Positions 1 through 9,991 of a stretch of DNA of 64,000 nt are shown here, piece by piece. The DNA is from a virus (lineage: Duplodnaviria; Caudoviricetes), in the IMG/VR virus record IMGVR_UViG_2636415832_000004, positions 3,796 through 67,795 of that record. One strand, written 5' to 3'. Every line of letters begins with the position of its first letter. Position 1 is the first letter of the stretch. The notes beneath the pieces are model-generated. The model was given only the letters and a program-made list of their open reading frames with translations, ran no database searches and was not told the DNA's origin. A program made the translations under genes and the position numbers.

Positions 1-706
1 GTGATTGAGATTCTTGAGGCGTAGAGCCTGCACTCGGTTGCCCGTGATCGCTGCCCCACGATTCTTTAGTAATTGCTGCTTGAAGGTCTTTTGTATTTCG
101 CTCTAAAGCCATGAATTGAGCAGAAATTGCCCCAAGAGCTTTAGTCGTTTCTTGCTCTAGCTCACGATAGGCCTTGTCTGCGTCCGTTAAAAGCTCTTTT
201 TCCGCCGCTTGTTGTAAACCACTTAAGAAGCTACGGTAATTTCGCATATTCATAGCATGTTGGCTTTGAGCGTTATCGCTATCATTAGCAGACGGCTTCC
301 CTTCCATTGCAAGCTCTGTAAATTCGTGAAGGTTATCCATGAAAGCTTGAAGCATTTGAGTATCGCCCGAAGCTAAAATCTCACCTTTTAGATTTTCCAA
401 AGCTGCACTATTGCCCTTTGCTTGTGAAATACGGCTCTTTAAAATGTTCGCCTTGTACGTTAATACTGCAACCTCTTCCGCCGAAATAGTACGGTTTTTC
501 TTTGGTTTAGCTGCTGCAAGCTTTTCTTGAAGAGCCTTAATTTCTGCTTGTTGCTCCTCCTGCCAATACTTTAATTGAGCGTTTACGTGCTCCGAAGCCT
601 CTTGCATTTTCTTATAAGCTTCTCCTGGCTTGTACACCTCTTTATATTTGACGATAGCTCCTTTAACACTGTCTAAATAAGCATTGCCTTCTCGATATGA
701 ACGCAT
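1..706 (-). CDS. Satellite coiled-coil protein of unknown function, runs off window edge
   Basis: Read manually: AAGGAGAG RBS, ATG at 706 (MRSYREGNAYLDSVKG...), open to base 1. Confidence 0.75.
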   Translation of the reverse strand, partial: MRSYREGNAYLDSVKGAIVKYKEVYKPGEAYKKMQEASEHVNAQLKYWQEEQQAEIKALQEKLAAAKPKKNRTISAEEVAVLTYKANILKSRISQAKGNSAALENLKGEILASGDTQMLQAFMDNLHEFTELAMEGKPSANDSDNAQSQHAMNMRNYRSFLSGLQQAAEKELLTDADKAYRELEQETTKALGAISAQFMALERNTKDLQAAITKESWGSDHGQPSAGSTPQESQS

Positions 707-719
707 TTCGCTCTCTCCT

Positions 720-1034
720 TTATGAATGAATTTTTACTTTTTTTAATGGTAGGCCGAGTAAATGTGAAGCTGCTTCGGCTTTTGGTCCGATAATAATGAA
801 ACCGTCCTCCAAAAGCTCCCACTCGCCTTTAAGGAAACGGATCGCTACACCTTTGTGGTAAGCGGTCAATATTAAATCGTCGCCTTCGATACGTTGCCCG
901 TGCACAACTTTTGAAAAGAAGCCGTGCTTTCTAGCGTTTTGGTTGCCGTATTTTGGGTGAGTGTTTCCTTTATTTCCGATTGACTCTGTATTACCTGGTA
1001 AAAAACGACCTCGCCCGTCCCGTTGTGCCTTCAT
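720..1034 (-). CDS. Terminase small subunit-like protein
   Basis: RDGRGRFLPGN...GNKGN...GNQNARKHG motif typical of TerS proteins; GAGGTG upstream of ATG 1034. Confidence 0.55.
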   Translation of the reverse strand: MKAQRDGRGRFLPGNTESIGNKGNTHPKYGNQNARKHGFFSKVVHGQRIEGDDLILTAYHKGVAIRFLKGEWELLEDGFIIIGPKAEAASHLLGLPLKKVKIHS

Positions 1035-1206
1035 AATGCCCGAGCACCTCTTTCCGAGTTGGTTTTGTAGCGTTGCGTCGAATGTTAGGGTATGCAAGGG
1101 TGCTTGCGTTGCACAATAGCTTATACCTCAAGGGCTCTCACGCTTTAAAGCATGGGACAAAATGAAGTTTTCTACTATGCAACGCAACGCCCATTTAATG
1201 CAACGC

Positions 1207-1542
1207 TTAAGCGTCCCGACGTCCCCTAATTTGTACATCAAGCAAACCGATATTTAAGTGAACGAGATATTTAAGTTGATACAAACATTTTTCCAAATAA
1301 AGCTTCTCTGTTAATTCGGTTAACTGCTTTTTCGAATATGTGCTTGCAAATTCAGCTTTTAAAGGCTTCCCTAGCTTGTGTAAATCATCAAAAATTTGCT
1401 TCTGCCAAAGGTTTTTAGAGTAGTCCAATTGGTCAATTGCACGGCGTAAATCTTTTTCCTTTGGGTGCTTCGGAAGCATATTTAAAACATGGTTAATAAA
1501 ATTTTCAGCATCTTTATAATGCGTGTCCACAAACATAATCAA
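1207..1542 (-). CDS. Hypothetical protein
   Basis: 111-aa ORF coupled in operon. Confidence 0.6.
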   Translation of the reverse strand: MIMFVDTHYKDAENFINHVLNMLPKHPKEKDLRRAIDQLDYSKNLWQKQIFDDLHKLGKPLKAEFASTYSKKQLTELTEKLYLEKCLYQLKYLVHLNIGLLDVQIRGRRDA

Positions 1543-1772
1543 CGCCCCTTTTCTTTAAACCATTTTTTGATTGATTGAAGTCGACTCTTTTTAGGAGGCA
1601 CACCTTTTAATCGCTCAAGCTCCTGCTTTACAACTTCTCGAGGCTTTCCTACAAGGTCCTTAACGCCGTCATAGCAACTAACACATAACAGTAATTGCTT
1701 TGTTTCACCTATCATTTTACGGGTGTTATGATCCGTTAGATAAAGACCACACGCTTCACATTTTTTACTCAA
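1539..1772 (-). CDS. Small zinc-finger protein
   Basis: CEAC...CVSC. Confidence 0.6.
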   Translation of the reverse strand: MSKKCEACGLYLTDHNTRKMIGETKQLLLCVSCYDGVKDLVGKPREVVKQELERLKGVPPKKSRLQSIKKWFKEKGR

Positions 1773-2741
1773 TTAGCTCACCACTTTCAATTTAAGGTCC
1801 ATTGTGTGAACGCCGCCGTCCCAATCATGCGTACACTCCTCTACTAAAAAAGCTTCACGAACGCCGATTTTCTCAATAACAACGTAAATCATATTGCCGG
1901 CTTTAACGCCCCAATGCCCTAAACATTTAATTGAAAGGTCCTTCGTAGCTTGATTTTTTACCGCAAGCAGGGCTTCAAGTGACGCTTTAATTTGAGCGTC
2001 CGTCATGTTCTCGTCAACTTTTTTGAAGTATTGGAGCTGCCCCCACTTTGCGATATTGCTAGAATCTTGAGCTATATAGACCTTACGTTTCGAAGTTTCC
2101 TCGTCGTCTTTAACGAGCTTAATTCGGTTATAGGTGTCCTTATCAATGGACTCCGTAAACTCAAAGCCATACATGAGGCTCTCTTCGCCTAAATACCAAG
2201 CGGACGGATCAATCAAAAGTTGGTCAATCCGTTTCAAAATTAAGCTGCCAAATTCATCACGGAGAACGAAGAGTCTATTATTCGCAATTAAAGTTGCGTC
2301 TAAATATTGGCACACCACGTCAAAAGCGTTTTTATCGTCCTCCACTTTAGCCGGTACAACATAGCCGGTATCTTCAAAAGCTCCTATTTTAGCTCCTGCA
2401 AGTCCGGCTATATACTTTATCGCTGCCGTCGCCGTCATGGCTTTCAAAACAAAAGTGTCTTTATACATCAAGTAACGAAGTTCGTCGTAAGCCTTCACTT
2501 TCAACTCGGAGCTCTCGTTAATAACTGATTCAAACACGTAGCCGTAAAAAATACCCGTTGAGCCGTGCTTTACTCGAATAACTGCCCCTTTTTTAATTGG
2601 GTACTTCAACGGCTCCTCTATGATAAAGACGGCTTCAAGAACACTAGCTTTTGCTATCCTTGAAGTTTTAAAATTCACGCTGCTAACAGGCATTTCTAAA
2701 ACATTTCCGTCCCGGTTATCTAGTAAAATCTCTAAACTCAT
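1773..2741 (-). CDS. XkdQ/YqbQ-like baseplate hub protein (satellite copy)
   Basis: Similar along its length to prophage 20233-21195 (IFYG.VF, YD.LRY...KDT, TYN.IKL, YIAQD.S.I..WG.LQ). Confidence 0.85.
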   Translation of the reverse strand: MSLEILLDNRDGNVLEMPVSSVNFKTSRIAKASVLEAVFIIEEPLKYPIKKGAVIRVKHGSTGIFYGYVFESVINESSELKVKAYDELRYLMYKDTFVLKAMTATAAIKYIAGLAGAKIGAFEDTGYVVPAKVEDDKNAFDVVCQYLDATLIANNRLFVLRDEFGSLILKRIDQLLIDPSAWYLGEESLMYGFEFTESIDKDTYNRIKLVKDDEETSKRKVYIAQDSSNIAKWGQLQYFKKVDENMTDAQIKASLEALLAVKNQATKDLSIKCLGHWGVKAGNMIYVVIEKIGVREAFLVEECTHDWDGGVHTMDLKLKVVS

Positions 2742-5419
2742 TGTGAATACACTCCTTGAGCCGAACGTGCTACCTCTTCACTGATTGAATTTTCAATTTT
2801 AGCGATAACATCATGTACGTCCACATCATTATTAATCGTAGTGCCTTCAAGTCTAACCGTAGGATTCAAGGTAACCTGCACTTGACGAATAGCTTCTCTC
2901 GTAGCCATTTCTTTAAATAGCTCAAGGTCCTCGTCTGCAATGTTAATCTCGTCCTCGATTTTTCCGATTTTATCAAGCTTACCGCCCGTTGGATTGCTCG
3001 AGCCTTTCCCTCCTGCACCTTTAGAGGCACCGTCCAAGCCGTCCGCATTAAATGCCGGTACATTTCCTAGAAGGCTCTCCATATCAAGCCCCGGTGAAGC
3101 TCCTGGCTGCTCTTGTCCGTTCTTTTTCGGAATAAGCCCTTGCACTTTATCAACCAAGCCATTAAGTGAGTCGCTCACGGCCATAGTGCCCGAGTAAGCC
3201 CAATCCATAGCACTATTGACGTTATCCATGTAATTGCCTAGCTCCATTCGAGGTAGGCTTACAACGCCTCTATCGCTTGTTGGGGCTTCGAGGCTAGACG
3301 CCATATTCGCAATTTTATTGCCGACGCTTGAGCCACTCATGGAAAGCTTTCCGACCTTTCCTAAATCGATTCCAGGAATTTGATTAAGGGCGTCCACAAT
3401 CCAATTGATTGCTCCAATTGCCATATTGGCACCGGAAACAAAGGCATTTCCGATTGCATTAGCTACCGAGTCAATTTGCATACCCATAGCAGCCATATTG
3501 TTCATAACCATTTGAGCCATATCGTAGAAAAGCTTTTTAATGGCGTAAACCGGATCAATGAAAAGATTGATTAAAAACTCGGCAAACGAAAGGAAGAAAT
3601 TCGCTACGTTCGCTACATTGTTATAAATGTAAGTGAATAGAGCCGCAAAGAGCCCCACAATAAAGCTAATAACCGTTGCCGTTTGCTCTCCCCAAATAAT
3701 GAGAGCCGTGATAACCGCCACAATCGCAATAATGAAAGCCGCTAAAATCCAAGTACCTGGGAAAGCCCAAATAGCTGCATTAAGTCCCCATTGAGCCGCC
3801 GTTTGTGCAAAAGTAGCTCCCGTTGCAAACATCATGTAAGCCCCGGTAATCGCTAAAGCTGCTGCACGAATACCCTCAATAGCAACCGTTGCCATGGCGA
3901 TACCTCGATAAACTGCTAGTACGGTCATGTATGCCGTTAATGCAGCTGCTGCCGTTAAGAAAATCGGTCCAAGTATGCCCCATGTATCGGCAATAAATTG
4001 AGCTCCGCTTGAAACCATGCCGTAGCCCCACTCAACTACATCAAATAACATGGTTAAGCCTGCAATACCTACGTTTACGCCTGCCATAATGTTATTGGAC
4101 ATAACGGTGAAGGCGTCCGAGTTCACAAAGTCATTGAATCGACCGAATAGAGGCTCTAAAGCTCGAAGCCCTTTATCCTTCATAATTTGCATTTGCTGCC
4201 CAAACGTCATAGGCATTTCAGCGAATTTACGGTTTGTTTCTTCTGCTGCTGCAAACATGGAATTTTTAATAATGTCCGCCGTAATTTGCCCCTCGGAAGC
4301 GAGCTTCTTAATGGAGCCAACGGGTACACCCATATAGTCCGCAATGTTCTGTACAATCGGTTGGGCGTTGTCTAAAATGGCGTTCAACTCTTCACCTTGG
4401 AGCTTACCTGCTGCCATTGCTTGCGTTAATTGAAGCATGGCCGACTCAACGCCGATAACGCTTGTCCCTGCAATGGAGAAGGTTTTATTCAACTGTTCCG
4501 TAAAGGCTATAATCTCGTCATTGGAGCTAAACGCTGCCCCGGCTTGAGCCGCTAATTTTCCGACGGCGTCTGCCGTAGCCGTATAAGAGCCTCCCGTTGC
4601 CTGGGCGGAAGCGAAAATTCTTTCTTGAAGCTCTGCCGTCGTTTGCATACCGTCATTAATGAGGTTAAGACGAGCCTCAATATTGGTTGCGTTGTCAGCT
4701 GCTGCAATAAAACTTTTCATACCATTCGTTAAAGCTTGAATGGAAAGATAGGCTCCGGCTGCTGCTGCAAACATCTTGAAGAAGCTTGAAACTTTCCCTC
4801 CGGCTTGTTGGCTTGCGTTCCCTACCTGCTCAATTTCTTCGCCCAAGTCGTCAACGTCGCCCTCTGCATTGTTAGCGGATCGCTCTAAACGGTCGACCTC
4901 TCCCGTTAAATCTCGGATAAGCTGCTCCGTTCGTTCGATTGAAGCCGTATCAAACTCCATATCGAATTGAGCTCTTGCGTCCAATGCAGAAAGGCGATAC
5001 TCGGCTTGTTGCATTAGGTCTTGCATACGCTCGAGGTCTTGCGTGTTAACGTCCACGTCAATCATGGTAGAGAGCTCTCGAAGTCTGCTTAAATTCTGAT
5101 TGATAACATTTTGAGCCGATTGTAAAGCTCTCGTATTCAATGTTGCGTCGACTTCGAGCTGCATATCCGTATTAGTCCGGAGTCGACTCAAATCATTCAT
5201 GAGCTCTTGGACATTTGCACCGGCACTATTGACGGCCGTGTCGTTTACTCGAATATGGCTTTGAGTGCTAGTCATAGTTCGCATAGTACTTTCTACATTA
5301 CTGCTTGCATTGTGAAGTTGCTCCATTACTCGAATGGTGTTATTCATGGAATTGATAACATTCATCAAAGGACCGGTAACGCCGTCGTGCATGGAGAGCC
5401 TTGTATCTACTTCTGACAT
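2738..5419 (-). CDS. Tape measure protein (satellite copy)
   Basis: AMLQLTQAMAAGKLQGEELNAILDNAQ tape-measure domain, hydrophobic middle, C-terminus EDLELFKEMATREAI similar to prophage TMP EDLKYLRDIAEREAI. Confidence 0.9.
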   Translation of the reverse strand: MSEVDTRLSMHDGVTGPLMNVINSMNNTIRVMEQLHNASSNVESTMRTMTSTQSHIRVNDTAVNSAGANVQELMNDLSRLRTNTDMQLEVDATLNTRALQSAQNVINQNLSRLRELSTMIDVDVNTQDLERMQDLMQQAEYRLSALDARAQFDMEFDTASIERTEQLIRDLTGEVDRLERSANNAEGDVDDLGEEIEQVGNASQQAGGKVSSFFKMFAAAAGAYLSIQALTNGMKSFIAAADNATNIEARLNLINDGMQTTAELQERIFASAQATGGSYTATADAVGKLAAQAGAAFSSNDEIIAFTEQLNKTFSIAGTSVIGVESAMLQLTQAMAAGKLQGEELNAILDNAQPIVQNIADYMGVPVGSIKKLASEGQITADIIKNSMFAAAEETNRKFAEMPMTFGQQMQIMKDKGLRALEPLFGRFNDFVNSDAFTVMSNNIMAGVNVGIAGLTMLFDVVEWGYGMVSSGAQFIADTWGILGPIFLTAAAALTAYMTVLAVYRGIAMATVAIEGIRAAALAITGAYMMFATGATFAQTAAQWGLNAAIWAFPGTWILAAFIIAIVAVITALIIWGEQTATVISFIVGLFAALFTYIYNNVANVANFFLSFAEFLINLFIDPVYAIKKLFYDMAQMVMNNMAAMGMQIDSVANAIGNAFVSGANMAIGAINWIVDALNQIPGIDLGKVGKLSMSGSSVGNKIANMASSLEAPTSDRGVVSLPRMELGNYMDNVNSAMDWAYSGTMAVSDSLNGLVDKVQGLIPKKNGQEQPGASPGLDMESLLGNVPAFNADGLDGASKGAGGKGSSNPTGGKLDKIGKIEDEINIADEDLELFKEMATREAIRQVQVTLNPTVRLEGTTINNDVDVHDVIAKIENSISEEVARSAQGVYSQ

Positions 5420-5493
5420 ATTCTCACCTTCCTTAAATTAAAATTCGAAGCTATTTAATGGCTGCAATCGCTGCGTTCATGAGTAGCTTTAAT

Positions 5494-5802
5494 TTAAGCC
5501 GATTTCTTTCGCATTTTCGTTATGAACTTTTCAGCTTTAGCACGGTTGAAAAGTAAAGGGAAAAGTAGGTCATTTTGCTGAAGCATAACGAATACCGGCT
5601 CTTTACAGTGAGCGCAATCCTTAACGCCGTTGATCGCCTTACTGCCTACTCGTAAACTATTTAAAGTTCGGCAGCAAGGACATGTAAAGTTAAGGTGGAA
5701 CTCTCCTTGTTCTATTGAAAGATGGCTTATTGTTTTATGTTTGAATGTTTTTTTCATAGTTTTCGCTCCTTTTATAGGGCGAGGCGTCACCGGCGTTTGC
5801 AA
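5494..5802 (-). CDS. Zinc-ribbon protein
   Basis: CPCC...CAHC; true start probably MKKTF. Confidence 0.6.
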   Translation of the reverse strand: MQTPVTPRPIKGAKTMKKTFKHKTISHLSIEQGEFHLNFTCPCCRTLNSLRVGSKAINGVKDCAHCKEPVFVMLQQNDLLFPLLFNRAKAEKFITKMRKKSA

Positions 5803-5837
5803 TTTCCCAAGTACAAATTTTTCTAGTCTTTTTAAGG

Positions 5838-6088
5838 TGGGAACTTATAACCCTTTCAAAACTTTATTTATACGATTTAGGCGGTATAGGTAGCGTATAT
5901 CTTGCCTAATCTTAATAAATATAAATTTATAAGTTTATAAGTTCCCATGTTCCCAATACACTGTGAATCGTTGATATTACTGTATTCAAAGGTGGGAACT
6001 TATACGGGAACTTATAATTTTTACGTGTTCCCGTGTTCCCAATTTTCTAAGAGCGGGAACTTATTTCTAGTGCGAGTAAGTTCCCACC
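5838..6088. repeat. Satellite replication origin with GGGAAC(TTAT) iterons
   Basis: About nine GGGAAC/GTTCCC copies in both orientations around an AT-rich core, directly downstream of the primase-helicase as in SaPI origins. Confidence 0.75.
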
Positions 6089-6105
6089 TAATTCAGTGCA
6101 GTTTT

Positions 6106-8697
6106 TTAATGCGTAGGGCGTGAGAATATTTTCACTTGTCCATATGCTTTCGTTCGTTTTTTGGCTTGAGAGCTCTCCTGAATCCATCCCGTTTGGCGAA
6201 TTAATTTTGTGATTTCACGGGCTTCATAAGGACTGATTCGAGATTTCGAGTCTAATCCAAGTGCTTCAAACATAATTTCTTGAGAGCTTATACGAGTCGG
6301 AATAACTAATTCTTTAAAATCTTCAAATTCGGAATAAGGCACATAATCATGATTATTTTTGTACCATTCATAACGCTCCTCACTCGAAAGATCATTATAG
6401 TTACCCTCTGCACTGCCATTTATGTGATTTATCCACGCAATACGCTTTTCTTTAGTCCAAAATGCGTTAGAATCAAAATCTATTGGTCTTGGTTTATTGA
6501 GATAGAAGAGTACATCTGTGAGGCGTGAATCCGTCATAGTATGCTGGCGTTGCTGCTCTTCTGCTAACTCTTTCAATTCCTTACTCATAAAGTGAGGCTT
6601 CAATAGATTAGACTTTAACCAATTTTCATAGACTTCCGCCCAAACTTGTTGAACATCATCTATTGTTAAATCACCAGGGTGCTTTATCCGTTTACTTTCA
6701 TCACAGACTATGGGTATGAAACGTCGATTTCCCGTCCCATCTGACAAAAACTCACTTTCATTAGTAGTTCCGATAAATCCACAACTACGAGGTACGTCTT
6801 TTGCTTTACGTGAATAAGCCCCTCTGTAACTATCAACTTGCGAGGTAATGAAGCGTTTTACTTCTTCAATTTCTGATTTTCGTAAAGCTGCAAGTTCCCC
6901 TAGCTCAATTATCCATTTGGACTCAAGAATCTCGGCTGCTTTTTTAGTATCAAATGATGTCAGACTATCTGTATGCCATTTGTCTTTTATTGCAAGCTTA
7001 GAAGCAATTAAAGACTTTCCTGCACCTTGTTTCCCTACGAGAATCAAAGCCTCGTCGAATTTACAACCTGGCTCCCATAACCTCTTCAATAAACCAGTTA
7101 AAAAATGTTTTGTTGCTAATCGCACGTATTGGCAGTCTTCTGCACCCATATAATGAATGAACAAGCTCTCCGCCCTCTGTATGCCGTCCCAAGGTTTACT
7201 TAAAATAATGTCTTTTATAGGATGAAATGTTTGTTCTTGAATTAACTTATCTATTACAAGAAGCCCCTTCGAGAACGGCAGACTAATATCAAAAAGCTTT
7301 TCAATCTCTAATAGTAAAAAATTCGAATCCTCATCAGTCCACTGAACAAATTGGTTGGATTGTAACTGTTGATTTTGTCGCCAGGGGACATTTGCCACCC
7401 TTATAGCTCGATTACTAAATTCATCAAATCTAAAAGCGTGACTGTACAAAGTTTTAATAATTCGTTCTATGTTCGAAGTTGTAGGTTCGACTTGCCCTTT
7501 TTTGTTACAACTTAAATCATTGAGCAGCTTATCCATACTAGACAAAGCGTCATCATCATTTGGTAAATCTTCAAAATCGTCAAAAGCCGACGTATTTAGA
7601 TTGGATTTCTTAAGTTCTAACCTTACCTTTTGACATCGTTCTTCTTTACAAGAATTCAACCATTCAATGAACGCCACTTGAGAAGGTTTTCGATTGACCG
7701 GCGTCCCTTCCTTCGAGTCCTCGTCTAGCTCATGGAATAAGTGCAAGCGTACAAGGTCGAAACTATTCACAAGTTGACCGCTTACCGGGTCCGTCCCATG
7801 ATGTGAATAAGCGAAAAGCCCGTCCTCGTAAAGAATAAGTCCGCCCGTTGTTGAGCCGTGAACGTATGTATAACGTCCTGCCCCTGCCGTCTCGTACTTA
7901 TCCGATAAGAAAGTTTCGATTGCTTCTTCAATTGTGTAAGTACGGCAAAATGCTCCAACCATTCCCGGCTTCTCTAAAGGGTTTCCTTGCTTGTCTGCCA
8001 TTTTCTTACGGCTTTCTTGCTGCCTGCTTGACTCCGGCCATTCGTGCGGATCACGCCAATCATTATATAAAGAAAGAATGTCGTCCGGATTTAACCATTC
8101 TGCGTCCTGGTACTCGAAGAAGTATTCACCGTCGGCACTTGTTGAAGGCCAATACATTAAACGGTGCGGTTGATAAGTTGTATCGTCAAAGAAGTCAATT
8201 CCGAACTGCTCCGCAACTTTTTTACTTACTGCAACGTACTCCTCCGGCGAAACCGGTCGAGCTAAAGGAATGATTAATCGTAAACGAGGAGTCGAGCTTG
8301 AATGCTTATGCGTCGAATAAACTAAACAAGAGTTGTCGAATACAAGTGAAACGCCGTCCCAAAAGTCGCCTTTAATGAAGTCTGCGTCAAGCGTAAGAGC
8401 TTGCCTCCAAGCCACCGAGTCCGCCTTTCGTTTTCCGCCTTTCAAGCTCCCAAAAACGAATCCGCCAACGTCTTTGATCTCGTCTTGAGTTGCCTTCGTT
8501 AAAGCTTTATATTCCGCAACCGTTTCCGGCGTACGAGTTGTTTGACTAACTTTTTTGGCGAAGTCCGACCAAAGCATTTCAGTGTTTTTCCAAGTTGTCG
8601 CCTTCCTGCTTTGGGCAGTAGCTACGTGAAGCGTACCGTCGTATTTAAAGTTCTTGAATGAACTATTTTCCTTTGGTATACTATTGTTATTAATCAA
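6106..8697 (-). CDS. Primase-helicase, VirE/VapE family
   Basis: N-terminal primase-like region (LTLDAD, YSTHKH, RLRLIIPL); Walker A GKQGAGKS, IELGEL, GTTN, TGNRRF. Confidence 0.9.
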   Translation of the reverse strand: MINNNSIPKENSSFKNFKYDGTLHVATAQSRKATTWKNTEMLWSDFAKKVSQTTRTPETVAEYKALTKATQDEIKDVGGFVFGSLKGGKRKADSVAWRQALTLDADFIKGDFWDGVSLVFDNSCLVYSTHKHSSSTPRLRLIIPLARPVSPEEYVAVSKKVAEQFGIDFFDDTTYQPHRLMYWPSTSADGEYFFEYQDAEWLNPDDILSLYNDWRDPHEWPESSRQQESRKKMADKQGNPLEKPGMVGAFCRTYTIEEAIETFLSDKYETAGAGRYTYVHGSTTGGLILYEDGLFAYSHHGTDPVSGQLVNSFDLVRLHLFHELDEDSKEGTPVNRKPSQVAFIEWLNSCKEERCQKVRLELKKSNLNTSAFDDFEDLPNDDDALSSMDKLLNDLSCNKKGQVEPTTSNIERIIKTLYSHAFRFDEFSNRAIRVANVPWRQNQQLQSNQFVQWTDEDSNFLLLEIEKLFDISLPFSKGLLVIDKLIQEQTFHPIKDIILSKPWDGIQRAESLFIHYMGAEDCQYVRLATKHFLTGLLKRLWEPGCKFDEALILVGKQGAGKSLIASKLAIKDKWHTDSLTSFDTKKAAEILESKWIIELGELAALRKSEIEEVKRFITSQVDSYRGAYSRKAKDVPRSCGFIGTTNESEFLSDGTGNRRFIPIVCDESKRIKHPGDLTIDDVQQVWAEVYENWLKSNLLKPHFMSKELKELAEEQQRQHTMTDSRLTDVLFYLNKPRPIDFDSNAFWTKEKRIAWINHINGSAEGNYNDLSSEERYEWYKNNHDYVPYSEFEDFKELVIPTRISSQEIMFEALGLDSKSRISPYEAREITKLIRQTGWIQESSQAKKRTKAYGQVKIFSRPTH

Positions 8698-8788
8698 GGT
8701 TTTATCCTCCTTTCAATAAACTGCAAAACATATATCTGCAATCCTTGTACACGCCGCCAAGCCGTGTATTTTTTTTGTCCTTTTTGGG

Positions 8789-9094
8789 CTACCATTCTCT
8801 AGTAATCTCGTCTATTACATTTAAAGCGTCGGAAGCCTTGTAGAATCGCTTACGGCTTTTTTTACGTTCAATTGCTTTCATGTAAGGATGATTTAGTATG
8901 TTCTCCTCCAAAAAACGCTTCGACATTCCCGTTAATAAACTCAAACGCTCGACGTCGCAAAACCAAATTTGAGCTGCTAAAGTATCCTCAATTTTTTGCT
9001 CAAACTTTTCTTGAATGGCTTTTTCATCAATTTGAATTTCAATTTTTGACGCGATCACTCCTAAACACCTCCGTTCTGTTCGCCACGAGTCCAT
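8789..9094 (-). CDS. Putative DNA-binding protein, similar to prophage 56989-57294
   Basis: Shared LS.LTG...FL...L..P.MK..ER pattern and terminal EW; start uncertain. Confidence 0.6.
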   Translation of the reverse strand: MDSWRTERRCLGVIASKIEIQIDEKAIQEKFEQKIEDTLAAQIWFCDVERLSLLTGMSKRFLEENILNHPYMKAIERKKSRKRFYKASDALNVIDEITREW

Positions 9095-9264
9095 GCCTCA
9101 ATAACATCACGGTTAAATAAGATTTTTCCACGTACTTTAAAGTGCGGCACCTCGCCATCACGAACCATTTTATAAATCGTTGCCGTTGATACTCCTAGCA
9201 AACTTGAAACCTCTGCAACAGTTAAAGTAATGACTTTTTGGGTTGTTACGGTTACGCTTGTCAA
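9061..9264 (-). CDS. Excisionase-type HTH protein
   Basis: LTVAEVSSLLGVSTATIYKMVRDGEVP. Confidence 0.85.
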   Translation of the reverse strand: MTSVTVTTQKVITLTVAEVSSLLGVSTATIYKMVRDGEVPHFKVRGKILFNRDVIEAWTRGEQNGGV

Positions 9265-9279
9265 ATTAATTCCTCCTTT

Positions 9280-9420
9280 ACTTATAACTGATAGTTAGCA
9301 ATAAAATATAATTTCTTACTAACTGTTAGTGAATTATAAAACAATTCTTACTAAAAACAATGTATTGTAAACTAAAATATTTAAAACTGTACTAATTGTT
9401 AGTAAAGTAGTACAATTATC
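9280..9420. promoter_or_regulatory. Divergent promoter region with palindromic operators
   Basis: CTAACTGTTAG, CTAATTGTTAG, TAACTGATAGTTA between divergent HTH genes. Confidence 0.55.
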
Positions 9421-9448
9421 AAAAATAATAGTAAAAGGGAGAAACTTT

Positions 9449-9931
9449 ATGAACGATGCGAAAAATTTTGGCGTTTTCCTAAAGAATGCTAGGGAAGAGA
9501 TTGGTCTCACCTTGTCTCAATTAGGAGATTTAATAGGCTATTCAAATCCTTACTTATCTCAAATCGAAACGGGTAAACGAAAAAACCCACCTTCCCCGGA
9601 GCTACTGAAAAAGTTATCCGAGGCAATGGGAAACGTTACTTATGCAGGTTTGCTTGACGCAGCAGGCTATCACGAATTAGCTAAAAATGAGAGTATGAAA
9701 CAACTTTATGAAGATTTCGGAGGAGATAATGAATTAAGCGTAATTGAATTACGGAAAAAGGTAGAGGATTTACAAAAAACTTCGGATTTAAAAAAATTAC
9801 TCAGTGAAGAAACTTTATGGAATGAAAAAATAGCACCAAGGTATAACGGTCACAAATTAACCGAGCAAGACCGTAAAAGGATTCTCAAAATGTTAGAGAT
9901 ACTTTTCCCGGAGTATCAAGATAAAAAGTAA
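9449..9931 (+). CDS. XRE-family master repressor of satellite
   Basis: LTLSQLGDLIGYSNPYLSQIETG HTH; upstream of integrase. Confidence 0.85.
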   Translation: MNDAKNFGVFLKNAREEIGLTLSQLGDLIGYSNPYLSQIETGKRKNPPSPELLKKLSEAMGNVTYAGLLDAAGYHELAKNESMKQLYEDFGGDNELSVIELRKKVEDLQKTSDLKKLLSEETLWNEKIAPRYNGHKLTEQDRKRILKMLEILFPEYQDKK

Positions 9932-9991
9932 ATGCGTTCCAACCTTATCTGACCTTGTACACGCCGCCAAGCATGAAGGGACGATACAATA

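Noticed and set aside
5908-5922. 15-nt match AATCTTAATAAATAT between the mini-array spacer (28311-28339) and the satellite origin
   Set aside because: Very AT-rich, and the spacer's 5' (seed) end does not match; may be chance, worth rechecking only if no better target is found
1992-8273. Many + strand ORFs antisense to satellite genes (and likewise across the structural genes)
   Set aside because: Shadow ORFs without RBS or recognisable motifs
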